Origin: a virus
Length of the DNA stretch: 64,000 nt
IMG/VR virus record: IMGVR_UViG_3300037297_000135
Coordinates: 1 to 64,000 of that record
Direction: 5' to 3' (one strand)
Under the pieces are notes generated by a model. The model had not been told where the DNA came from. It made no database searches and saw only the letters and a program-made list of their open reading frames with translations. Below, piece by piece: positions 48,787-59,300 of this stretch (its first letter is position 1; each line of letters starts with the position of its first letter). Made by a program: the position numbers and the translations under genes.

Positions 48787-48912
48787 GAGTGTGATTTCAG
48801 AATATTTTTATAGGTTCAAATCCTATTCCCCGCTTAAATATGCGGGGATGGTGCAATTGGTAGACACACTTGAATATAAATCAAGCAAATTAAAATTAAT
48901 AAAATTGCACTC
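48787..48912 (+). ncRNA. YrlA-like Y RNA: circularly permuted tRNA-like module
   Basis: GAGTGTGATTT/AAATTGCACTC helix. Order is T arm (ATAGG-TTCAAAT-CCTAT), loop-closed acceptor stem (TCCCCGC...GCGGGGA), D arm (GTGCAATTGGTAGACAC), anticodon-like arm. Confidence 0.7.
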
Positions 48913-48939
48913 TTATTCTAATTTTTTAAGGATGGTTTT

Positions 48940-50445
48940 ATGGAAAAATTTAATTTTGATGCAAGTATTCTTCAATTCACGCCAAAAGGGTCATATTACA
49001 ATACTGAATCTGAACAAAATCAAAAAATAACAGAGCAATGGAAAGAGTTTTTGCAATATGATAGATTGCTTTTTGCATTGATTTTGTTTTTACCAACTTC
49101 AGATTATGCTTTTGGAAGAATAAGTCATTTGTTATGTAAAAATAAAACTACTGAGATAGTTTCTAAAGATTTTAAAATAACTAATGATTTTGAAGAGAAA
49201 ATAATATTGAATGGTTTAAGAAAACAACCAATGCCAAGAGCACTAAAGAATCTTTTAATGTTTACAAATGCAAACATTGGAAGAGTGAATAATGCTAAAG
49301 TTCGAAATATAATATTGAAATATATATTTCAAAGGGATTTAAATTCATTGGATTCAATGTGTTGTAATTTTAAAGATAAAATAAAATTGCTTTTGAAACA
49401 TGTATATGGTAAAAAGATTTGGAGGGTTTTAAATGGGAGAAATTTATTTGGTATAACAAATGTGCATGAAAGAGCATTAGATGTTTTGAAGTTTTGTTTC
49501 AACAAATCTTTTGATACAAAAGATTTAAATATGATGAATGCATATATATGTTTAAGAGAATATGCAAAAGAAAATAGATTGGATTCATTTTTAGATTTAG
49601 CTAAAAAATCAAAAATGAACATTGAAATTTTGATAGGCTTTAAAGCTTTATATAAATTAAATATTGATTTAAGTGAAATATATGATGCTGGAAATATGAG
49701 TGAAAAACAAAAGATACAAAAGGTAAGAGCAGTTGAAAGAACTGGAACTAAACAAGATATAAATTATAAAAATTATGATATATATGATTTGTATAAGATG
49801 TTTTATGTAAAATTAACAAACAATGAAACAAATGATATGGATTTGATTGCTGAAGCAATTGAATTTCAATCAAATAAAAAAATGGATATTGATTTAGGTG
49901 AAATTGTAGTGATTATGGATGCAAGTAAATCTATGATTGGTTCCGAAACAAGACCATATCATCCATTTTTAACAGGATTGAGTTTAGTAAGTAAGTTGCC
50001 AAATGTAAAAGATGTAATGTTTGTTGGTGGTGAATATGTTGATACATATTCAAATAATATGCCAAAAGCAATTGTACCAAGTGGAGCAACAAAAATTTGG
50101 GAATCTTTAATTCAAGCTGTAAATAAATATCCTGATACAATTGTTTTGATATCTGATGGTTATGAAAACAATGTAAAAGGATTAACAAATCAAATATATG
50201 AAAAATTAAAAAAAGAAGGTAAAGAATTTAATATTATACATATAAATCCTGTTTTTGCTGCTGAAACAGGAAATGCAAGAAGATTGATAAAAGAAATAAA
50301 ACCATTTATAATTGAAAATTATAGAATGATTAAAACAAATCTTATATTTCAACTTATAATGGATAACAAAGAATTAGCAATCAAGATGTTGTTTAATGAA
50401 TATAAAAAATTAGAAGTTAAAGAATTGAAAAGGTTAAAAGGGTGA
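48940..50445 (+). CDS. Helical + C-terminal vWA protein, divergent Ro60/TROVE-like
   Basis: 501 aa; MIDAS DASKS, GATKI, ISDGYEN; N-terminal helical region; directly downstream of the tRNA-mimic RNAs. Confidence 0.55.
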   Translation: MEKFNFDASILQFTPKGSYYNTESEQNQKITEQWKEFLQYDRLLFALILFLPTSDYAFGRISHLLCKNKTTEIVSKDFKITNDFEEKIILNGLRKQPMPRALKNLLMFTNANIGRVNNAKVRNIILKYIFQRDLNSLDSMCCNFKDKIKLLLKHVYGKKIWRVLNGRNLFGITNVHERALDVLKFCFNKSFDTKDLNMMNAYICLREYAKENRLDSFLDLAKKSKMNIEILIGFKALYKLNIDLSEIYDAGNMSEKQKIQKVRAVERTGTKQDINYKNYDIYDLYKMFYVKLTNNETNDMDLIAEAIEFQSNKKMDIDLGEIVVIMDASKSMIGSETRPYHPFLTGLSLVSKLPNVKDVMFVGGEYVDTYSNNMPKAIVPSGATKIWESLIQAVNKYPDTIVLISDGYENNVKGLTNQIYEKLKKEGKEFNIIHINPVFAAETGNARRLIKEIKPFIIENYRMIKTNLIFQLIMDNKELAIKMLFNEYKKLEVKELKRLKG

Positions 50446-50449
50446 TGAA

Positions 50450-51400
50450 ATGGATATTTTGAGTAAATTAGGTTTTAAAAATATAGAATATGATGAAATG
50501 CAAATTGTAGACGAAATGAGTATGATTCCTCTTTTATCAGATGGTTTAAGTAAAAACATTTCATCACCTGAAAATATACAATTTTTTGAAGTTGGAACTT
50601 ATGGTTCAATGGAGTTTAAAAATGCAGATAGCAATACCAACAACTATGGGATTGTGCCATCAAATACAATGATTTTAAACAACAAGGTACAAGTTCAAGA
50701 CCATGCAATGATTGAAGCAGGTGTTGTAAAAGCAGGTACATATAAAAATTTTAGTAATGCGTGTTGTGTTCAAGAAAAACAACATGGATTTTTAAATGGT
50801 ACGAATAAAAATAATGAATATGATATTTTGCCTTTGGGTTTAAGAAGGGCAGCAACAAGAGAAAAATTAAGACAGGATTGCAATTGTGGTAAACTTTGGC
50901 CTGCAATCAGAGAATGGTTAAAAGGTTTTAATTTTATGGAAAGTTATGCTCATTTAGAATATTTTTTTACTCCATTCAAAAAACAATTAGATGATTTTGT
51001 TGCAGAATTTGAACCAGTTAAAAATCAAATAGGAGCAATAATTCTATTTGGCAATATGTTAGCAGGCATAGAAATTATGCCTACAATTGAACATTGGAAT
51101 CATTATTGGAAATGGTTGGTTCGAGGATGTTATGGAGCTGAATTGTTAAAAATACGTGAAATTGGACAAATCGAATTGAAATCAATTTCAATACCAGAAA
51201 TGCCTTTTGACTCAATAAATAATTATTTAAATATGTTAAAAGATACAATTTTAAATAGTTTGAACTTAAACTTTAATGAATTGGGAAGTAAAAACTATGG
51301 TGAAAATCAATTAAAACATAAACTAATAAAAATTGAATCTGGTGGTGGAGATTTGATTTTAGAAAACAATAAACCAATATATTTAAGTTGTGTTTTGTGA
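50450..51400 (+). CDS. Conserved protein, ARPP-1 (DUF6569)-like
   Basis: QDHAM, NACCVQE, ILPLGLR, KLWPAI, AHLE, FVAEFEPV.NQIGAII, RGCYG; family recalled from memory. Confidence 0.4.
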   Translation: MDILSKLGFKNIEYDEMQIVDEMSMIPLLSDGLSKNISSPENIQFFEVGTYGSMEFKNADSNTNNYGIVPSNTMILNNKVQVQDHAMIEAGVVKAGTYKNFSNACCVQEKQHGFLNGTNKNNEYDILPLGLRRAATREKLRQDCNCGKLWPAIREWLKGFNFMESYAHLEYFFTPFKKQLDDFVAEFEPVKNQIGAIILFGNMLAGIEIMPTIEHWNHYWKWLVRGCYGAELLKIREIGQIELKSISIPEMPFDSINNYLNMLKDTILNSLNLNFNELGSKNYGENQLKHKLIKIESGGGDLILENNKPIYLSCVL

Positions 51401-51531
51401 TTGACAAAATGATATTGAAATGATAATATTTATGTGAGACTTCAAAATCAAAATTATAATGAGATTAAAAAAAATAAAGAACTTGTTCTTTTCCTCAGTT
51501 CTTTATTTTTTTTGTCTATGCAATCCATAAT

Positions 51532-51560
51532 TTGACATTGATATAAGGTATTGTTATAAT
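51532..51560 (+). promoter_or_regulatory. Consensus sigma-A promoter upstream of GT2-chaperone-tape measure genes
   Basis: TTGACA, 17-bp spacer, TGnTATAAT. Confidence 0.75.
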
Positions 51561-51616
51561 TGTAATATAATTTATTTTTTTTAATTTTTAACTAATTTTA
51601 TAGGGGAGTATTAAAA

Positions 51617-52594
51617 ATGAATAGTAAAACTATAACTATAGGTTGTCCTATATCTAACAGGGCATATCTTATTGAACGATTTTTAAATGGAATTTACAAA
51701 TTAAACTATGATAAAAAATTAATAAAATTATATTTTGTAGTTAACAATTCAAAAGATTCAACATATTCAGATTTAAAAGAGTTTGAAAGAAAACATAAAG
51801 ATGAATATCTAAATATTAAAATTGAAAAATATAAAATCAAATCTGCTAAAGAAGCAAGGGTAACAAAAATAAGATTAAAAACATACAGTAGACTTGCTGA
51901 ATTAAGAAATTATATTTTGTCAAATATTGATACTGATTATTTTTTTAGTTTAGATTCAGATATTATGGTTGATATTAATTTGGATTGTTTGAATAAGCTT
52001 TTAGAAGCTCAAAAAGATATAATTGCTGCTGTAATAAATAATGATAGTATGTTAAGGCCAAATGCAAAATATCCTAAAATTAGAACTAATTTGCTTAAAA
52101 ATGTAGATAAAGGTATAACTCATATATTGGATTGGAAACTTAATGAAATATTTGAAGTTGACCATACTGGAGCAGTATATTTGTTGACAAAAGATGTTTG
52201 CAAAAATGTTCAATATGGGTTTCATAAACAAGGTGAAGATATGGCATTTTGCAATATGGCAAAAGAAAAAGGATATAAAATTTTTGCTCATGGTGGTATT
52301 TTTTTACAACATATAATGAGAGAATATCAATCTTTTTGTATTGAAAATAAATGCCAAAATCCATGTGTTGTGTTGAATAAAAAAATGAAAATTGGTAAAA
52401 ATGAAGATGGAAAACTAGGAGAAGTAAAAAATGATATTGATTTAACATATCAATATAAATTTGTAGATAATGTTAAATATCCTGATTTGGTTGGTTGTGG
52501 AAAATTAAAAAAAGGTGAAAAAGCATTGTTTAATAATGATTTTTATAACCCTTTGGATGATATAAAAGGAGAGAATTTAAATGAAAAAAAGTGA
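51617..52594 (+). CDS. GT2-family glycosyltransferase
   Basis: IGCPISNR, VVNNSKDST, LAELRN, FSLDSD (DxD), TGAVYL, GEDMAFC. Confidence 0.88.
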   Translation: MNSKTITIGCPISNRAYLIERFLNGIYKLNYDKKLIKLYFVVNNSKDSTYSDLKEFERKHKDEYLNIKIEKYKIKSAKEARVTKIRLKTYSRLAELRNYILSNIDTDYFFSLDSDIMVDINLDCLNKLLEAQKDIIAAVINNDSMLRPNAKYPKIRTNLLKNVDKGITHILDWKLNEIFEVDHTGAVYLLTKDVCKNVQYGFHKQGEDMAFCNMAKEKGYKIFAHGGIFLQHIMREYQSFCIENKCQNPCVVLNKKMKIGKNEDGKLGEVKNDIDLTYQYKFVDNVKYPDLVGCGKLKKGEKALFNNDFYNPLDDIKGENLNEKK

Positions 52595-53003
52595 AAATAT
52601 TGAAGTTAAAAAAGTTAAAGTAATACAAAAAGAAGCACCCGAAGTTTTGAATGATAATCAAATATATATAGAAGATTTTGGAGTTGTTGAAATAAAACCA
52701 ACAAAATTAAAATATTTTGAGATATTAGGTAAAGCTAAAAATTCAATGTATGGTAATGTTTTGTTGATTAAACAAATGGGGTACAATAATTTGTTGGTTT
52801 ATACAGATGGCAGAGAGATAGTTGAAAATGCTTTAAAAGCTATATTTGATGTGGATGAAATAGATTTTTATGATAATTTAACAACTGTAAATTTAAATAA
52901 AATTATAAAATTAGCTAATGAAGTTAACGAGGTAAAAATTGATGATTTTTTAGAAAATCAAAAAAGGGAAAAGGAGGAAAATCAGAAAAACAAAAAAGCA
53001 TAG
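52581..53003 (+). CDS. Tail assembly chaperone (gpG-like)
   Basis: Upstream of the tape measure gene; carries a slippery site. Confidence 0.7.
   Translation: MKKSENIEVKKVKVIQKEAPEVLNDNQIYIEDFGVVEIKPTKLKYFEILGKAKNSMYGNVLLIKQMGYNNLLVYTDGREIVENALKAIFDVDEIDFYDNLTTVNLNKIIKLANEVNEVKIDDFLENQKREKEENQKNKKA
52946..52952 (+). promoter_or_regulatory. -1 programmed frameshift heptamer T TTT TTA
   Basis: In frame as GAT TTT TTA; the -1 frame is open and joins ORF 53018..53305. Confidence 0.75.
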
Positions 53004-53017
53004 AAATCAGAAAGGGT

Positions 53018-53305
53018 ATGGCTTTAATATGTGCTCATACTGGATATACATATGAAGATTTACGAAATTTAGAATATATATATTATAATGACCTTTTAGA
53101 AGAAGTTGCTTCGAAATTACAATATATGGCGTGCGTAAATATACTTGGTCGAGATTACGCGGATGAAAGTGTTTTTGAATTTGTGGATAAAGCAAATCCA
53201 ATAAATATAGAAAAGATAAAAGAAAATGAAAAAGAAAAGCCTAAAGAAAGAATGACTTTGGACAAATTAAAACAAACTGGTTTAAAGATTGAATTTGTAA
53301 AATAA
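53018..53305 (+). CDS. Tail assembly chaperone C-terminal part (gpT-like)
   Basis: Lies in the -1 frame of the upstream chaperone; directly before the tape measure gene. Confidence 0.7.
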   Translation: MALICAHTGYTYEDLRNLEYIYYNDLLEEVASKLQYMACVNILGRDYADESVFEFVDKANPINIEKIKENEKEKPKERMTLDKLKQTGLKIEFVK

Positions 53306-53327
53306 TTCAATCTTTTTTTTATGGGGA

Positions 53328-56300
53328 GTGATGGTTATGGCACAAGAAAAATTGCTTGCTGAAGTAAGGGTTGGATATGGGAAATTGCAAGATGATGTAA
53401 ATAAAATAAATCAAATACTTGGTTTGATTAATCAAGGTAAAAAAGATATACAGATAAATGTAAAATTGCAAGGTTTAGAAGGTGAAAGATTTAGAAAAGT
53501 GCACAATAATATAACTTTAATGGTTCAACAATTTAGTAGGTTGAATCAATTGATTATGAATATAAATAAAAATTCATCGGGTTTAGGTAACTTAGGAAAT
53601 ATTTTAAACAGAACAGTTGGAAATGGCACAGGAACTAAACCAACACCAAATACACAAAATAATTTAGGAACACTTTCAAATGTTCCAGGGAATATAATTA
53701 GGCAATCTGAGAGAACAACACAATCAGGTTCATCAACTTCAACATTGCTTCAAGATGCTCAGGGATTAACAACAAATATTGTTTCAAACGGACAAGGGCA
53801 AATTATATCAAGAACTCAAGAATTAATAAATACAAATACTCAATTTGAAAGAAGTTTAAATCAAATAATAAATGCATATAAAAGTTTAGATTATCAGCAA
53901 CAAAATGATTTGACTAATGTAAGAAATACAATGAATGCATTGACTAATCTTTCAACAAGATATGACCAAAACAGTTCTCAATTTAGAAGAATAATTGCAG
54001 AAAGAGAAAGATTATCTACTGTTGAAAGAAGACTAACAGATGAAATGAACAGACAACCTTTAAATAGATTGATTAATAATTATAGAATGCTTTCAATAGA
54101 ACAACAACGAATGCCTACCAATATTAGAAGAATAATTAATGAATATGATAGATTAATAGCTCAATATAGACAAGAAGGCAGAGCGATTTCGGGATTAGTT
54201 CAACAAAGAAATCAATATCAAAGAGCATTTTCAAGGAGTGTTGCATCTGTTAGAGTTGAAATGCAAAGGATGGAAGAAACTGTTAGGACAACTGGAATCG
54301 GTGAATTTTTAGGGATTGGAAGAGGTAGTGTTTTAGGTTCAGGCGATAGAAGAGCAGGAATATTAAATAAAGTGGCAAATAGTTTTATTTATTCAATGTC
54401 TGCAAATGCAATAAGTCAATTAGGGAATGCAACAAATGAATTAGTTGAAACTAATAAAAATTTTGAATTGGGTTTGATTGAATTAAGTAGAACAATGGAT
54501 AATGTAACAAGTGCTTCAATTGAAAGGCTTGGCCGAAAAGCAATTGAAACAGCATCAGATTATGGTATTGCATTGAAAGAAATTCAAGATGCTCAAACAG
54601 AATTAGCAAGAGCAGGTATAAGCAATGAAGAAGATTTAAAGGCATTAACTGAAACAGTTGCTATAGGATTAAATACAACTGAAATTAAAAATGCTGATGA
54701 AATGGTTAAATATTTAATTTCAACAATCAAACAATTAAATTTAGACATTTCGGATTCAAATACAATTATAGACCAATGGAATTATTTGTCAGATAAATAT
54801 GCTGTACATTCAAATGATTTTGCTGAATCTATTTCAAAATCAGGTGCAGCAAGTAGAAAACTTGGATTAACAATTAAAGATGTAAATAGTTTGACAACTG
54901 TATTGGTTGAAAATACACAAACAAGTGGTCGTGAAGTTGGTAATGCTATAAAGACATTGGAATCTAATTTATTAAGACCTGAAACAGTTAAAACATTAGA
55001 AAGTTATGGAATAGCTGTAAAAAAGAATGCAAAAGAATTTTTAGATTTTAAAACAATAATGACTAATGTAAGTAATGCTTTAAATGAATTTGAATCAAAT
55101 TCTTTAGCTACAGATGAAATATTAAGGTCAATAGGTGGTACATGGAGAAAGAATTGGATTGCATTGTTAACTGATAGTTGGAATGAAATTGAAGAAATAA
55201 ATCGTAAACAAGATGAAGCAATAGGGTATTCAGCTAAAGAAAATGAAAAAGTAATGCAAACATACGCAAAACAAGTCGAACAGCTTAAAGTAAGTTTTTC
55301 AGAATTGGCTGTTGCGATTGGTGATGCTGGATTGTTTGATATGTTGAAAACACTTTCGAGTTTAGTAAATGGTACATTAGGTGTTTTTAGTTCTTTATCT
55401 CCTGAAATGCAAAAATTTTTAATTACAATAGGACAAACTGCTTTGGCTATAAAATTATTAGGTGTGGGAGTTCAAAAAGTATTTAATATTTCTATATTTC
55501 AAAGTATAATGAAAACTTCTTTAGGTATGAAATTATTTAGAAATGTAACTATTGAAACAACAAGAGCACAACAATATTTAGCACAATCTGTTCAGGCAGG
55601 AATAATAACAGGACAGGACTATCAAAGAATATTAACTGGATTAAATACAAATCAAAGAGTTAGAAATTTAAGTGTTGCTGCTGCTGAAAGGCAAGAAAGA
55701 GCTTATGCAATGGCAATGCGTGATACTGCTGCAGCTTCAAACAAAGTACGAATTGCTTCAACAGTTGCAATTGCTGGTGTTTCTATCGCAATTGGTATTT
55801 TAGTTTCAGAAATAAACAAATGGAAAGAAGCAGAAAAAGAAGCAGCTAGACAGATGGAAGAATCAATTGTTGAACATACTAAAAATAGTCAGACTTTAAG
55901 AGAAGCAATTACATATTATAAAGAAAATCATGATTTAGTTAAACAAGATGAAAATGTAAAAACACAATTGATTGAGACTCAAAAAGAGTTGAATGAATTA
56001 TATGGTAAAGAAGCTGAAGGTTTGGATTTTGTAAATGGCAAATATGAAGAAAATATAAAAAAAATAAGCAAATTAAGAAAACAAGAATTGCAAAATTTAG
56101 CTAATGATTTACAAATTCAAGTAGATGCAAATAAAGAAATAGAATTTGCTTTGCCAAAAGCTTCAATTGGGCAAACTGATATATTAGGTTTAGATAAAAT
56201 GGTAATGTTTTTTGATAAAGCACAAAAAATGGGATATAAAGAATATTTAATTGAATTAGAAAAAATGCAAACAATTTTAAGAAGTGGTAATGAAGAACTT

Positions 56301-59300
56301 ATAAGACAAGTTTTCGAAATTGGAGAAGAAGAAGGTTATAATGCAACTGTTGTTAATAAATTGTTAGCTGAAGTACAAAAAAGAATGAATGATGCTAGGC
56401 CTTTGCTTGAAAAAGAAAATGCTTTAATGGAAACTAAAAGAGAAATAATAAGAGATGAAATTTTATCTACAAAAGTATTGAATGAAGAAGAAACAGCTTT
56501 ATATGAAACTATGGTAAAGACTTTTGATGATGTACCTATTGAAAAATATAAAGATAAAATGGAAGAACTTTTAAAAAAGATAAGACAATTTGATACAGAT
56601 ATGAAAGATGGTAAAAAAGCTAATTTTATGGATTTAATTGTTCCAGATATGAATGATTTGGATTTAGAAGGACTTGTAAATAATGTATATCAAGAAATGT
56701 TTAATACATTAGGTGATTCTGTTGGAGATTTTGAGAAAGCAATAAGTGATGCGAAAACAGCTATTCAACAAATGAAATCAGCTCAAGATGAATTAAATTC
56801 AACAGGTAAAGTAACAGAAGATAATTTGATTGCTTTGTTAGAATCTAATTCAAATTTAATAGGAAGTTTGAATGATAGGAAAAAATTACAAGAAGAAATA
56901 AATAAAGTTGTAAAGCAAGAAGCTAAAACAGCACAAGCAGCATATGCAGAAAAATTATTGAGTAGTAGAGCATTTTTTCAAAATATGTTACAAAACAATC
57001 AAATATTATATAACAATTTAGCATCTTTATATGGTGATGATTTAAAAAATTTTAATTCATTAGCACAAGCAAAATCAAAAGTTGAAAGTAGTTTGATAAA
57101 AATAATAGGAAAGAATTGGGAAAGATATTATGATAATCAATTAGATGCTGTAAAAGCTCAAATTAATTTTATGAATGCAACTGCTGCTCAATATTGGATG
57201 TATGGTCGTGGAGCAGAGTTTGAAGCAGAAATGAAAAAATTAAGAACATTAAAAAATACATTACAACAACTATCAAATATTTCAAGTAATATAAAAACAG
57301 TTAATTTTACAGGTGGCAGTTTTTCAATTGGTAGTAGTAGTGGAAGTAGTTCGAGTACAACAAAAAATGATGCTCTTTTAAAAGATAGATATACAGATAT
57401 AAATAATTTAATTAATGAACAAAATGCATTATTGACAATAAATAGAGATAAACAAAAATATTATGAAGGTATGGAAACAGGCTTAAAAAGTAGAATAGCA
57501 TTAATGGAAAAAGAAACAAAATTGCTTGAACAACAAAAAATAAATTATAGTAAACTTGCTGGAACACTTAGGTCTGAAAGAAGTAGTTTAGAAAAAAAAT
57601 TAGCAAACGATGGTGTTAAATTTACTGGTGTTGGTGATGAAAAAATGATTACTAATGCCAAATCAAGAATTGATAGATTAATTAATTTAGTTAATAAATA
57701 TAGAAATTCAACAAGTAGTTCTGGAAAAAAATCATATGAAAATTACAAAAAACAATTAGAAGAATTACAAAACAATATAACTAGATTTAATCAAATACAA
57801 CAACAAGAGCTTGTTCAAACAATTGATAGTTGGAGAAGTATTGATGTTGAAATAAAAAACATTAATGAAAGTTTAAGTGCTTTAAAAATAGAACAAGTAC
57901 TTAAAGGTTTTGTAAAAGCTACTGAAAGATATAAAAGAAGTTTAGAAGGATTAGATTATGAAATTCAGAGATTAGGTGGAGAAACAGAACTTGCCAAAAC
58001 ATCTGATTTAGTAATGGAAAAAGTAAGATTAATTACTGATGAAGTTAAAAATCAAAGATATGCATTAAATAATTTGTTAGCTGAAACAGATGCCAATGTA
58101 ATATCAAGTGATGCATATAAAAATAAACTTGATGAAACTCAAAAAAGTTTAAGACAAAATATTTTAACACTTCAAGAACTTACAAAACAACAAAAAGAAA
58201 ATGCAAAAGCATCTATTTCAGGTTTAGAAAGTAGAATTAATAATATTTTAAATAAAGGTATAGAACTTAGAAAAGAAGCTTTAGAAGAAGAATTGAATCT
58301 TTACAAAGAACATGTTGACAGCATTATACAAGAACGTGAAAGACAGTATGAAGCTGAAGATTTTGAAAAAAATCTTGAAAAAGAATACAAAAACAGACAA
58401 GAACTTGTAAATAAAATCAATAGATTAAATCTTGATTCATCACTTGAATCATATAATAAAAGAAAAGAACTTGAAAAACAACTTCAAGAATTTGATGAAA
58501 AAATATCAGAAATGAAGGAACAAAGACAAAGGGATTTAATAAGACAAAATCTTGAAGACAATGTAACAGCTAAAGAAAAAGAAACAAGTGAAGCTGTAAA
58601 ATTGATAGATGATGAATTTGATATAATCAAACGTAGAGCATTGATTCATGAAACTATAATGTCAGAATCATTTCAAAGTTTACAGGATAAATTACCTGAA
58701 CTCTTTCAAACTTTGGGTGATGGTGTTAATGATTTTTTTACAACATTTGAATCATATGAAGAACATTTTGGTGATACTTTAGGAGATGTTAGTCAAAAAT
58801 TTGTGGATGATATTTTACCTCAACTTCAAAATGCATTTTCAGCAATAGATACATATGAAGAAAGAGCAGCAAAAATGCAAATTCAAAGTTTGCAATTGAA
58901 ATATGACAACACATCAGATAAAGATTTGAGAGCAGCATATAAACAACAAGCTGAATCAATTAGAGAACAATATGGTTTTGAATATGAAAATTTAAGGTTT
59001 GCTAATTTGAATTCAGGATTTTATACAACTGGTGAAACACCAACACAACAAAATGCTCAAAGTGTTTTAGATATTGCAAGTATAACAGCAGACCCAAAAT
59101 TTCAAGAAGAAAAAGCAAAATTAAAGATTCGTGATTTGCAAATTGAATATCCTAGCGCAAATGCAGACAGACAAAAAGAACTTGAAATTCAAGCAAACGC
59201 AATAAGGGATATGTGGGGATGGAGTTTTGAGGATTTGAAGCAATGGGTTCCATCAACGTATGATGAAAAGACTTTAAGGTCTTATGCTGGCGGAATAAAC

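Noticed and set aside
48488-48912. CRISPR-like array or three ordinary tRNA genes
   Set aside because: The shared motif is only ~12 nt with ~150-nt spacing and no cas genes were recognised. The cores have broken tRNA consensus or permuted order, so they are not standard tRNAs.
33451-52594. DNA hypermodification or capsule/O-antigen locus as the firm explanation for the GT cluster
   Set aside because: No dCMP/dUMP hydroxymethylase, Wzx/Wzy, ABC exporter or priming transferase was recognised in the window. It is kept only as an alternative.
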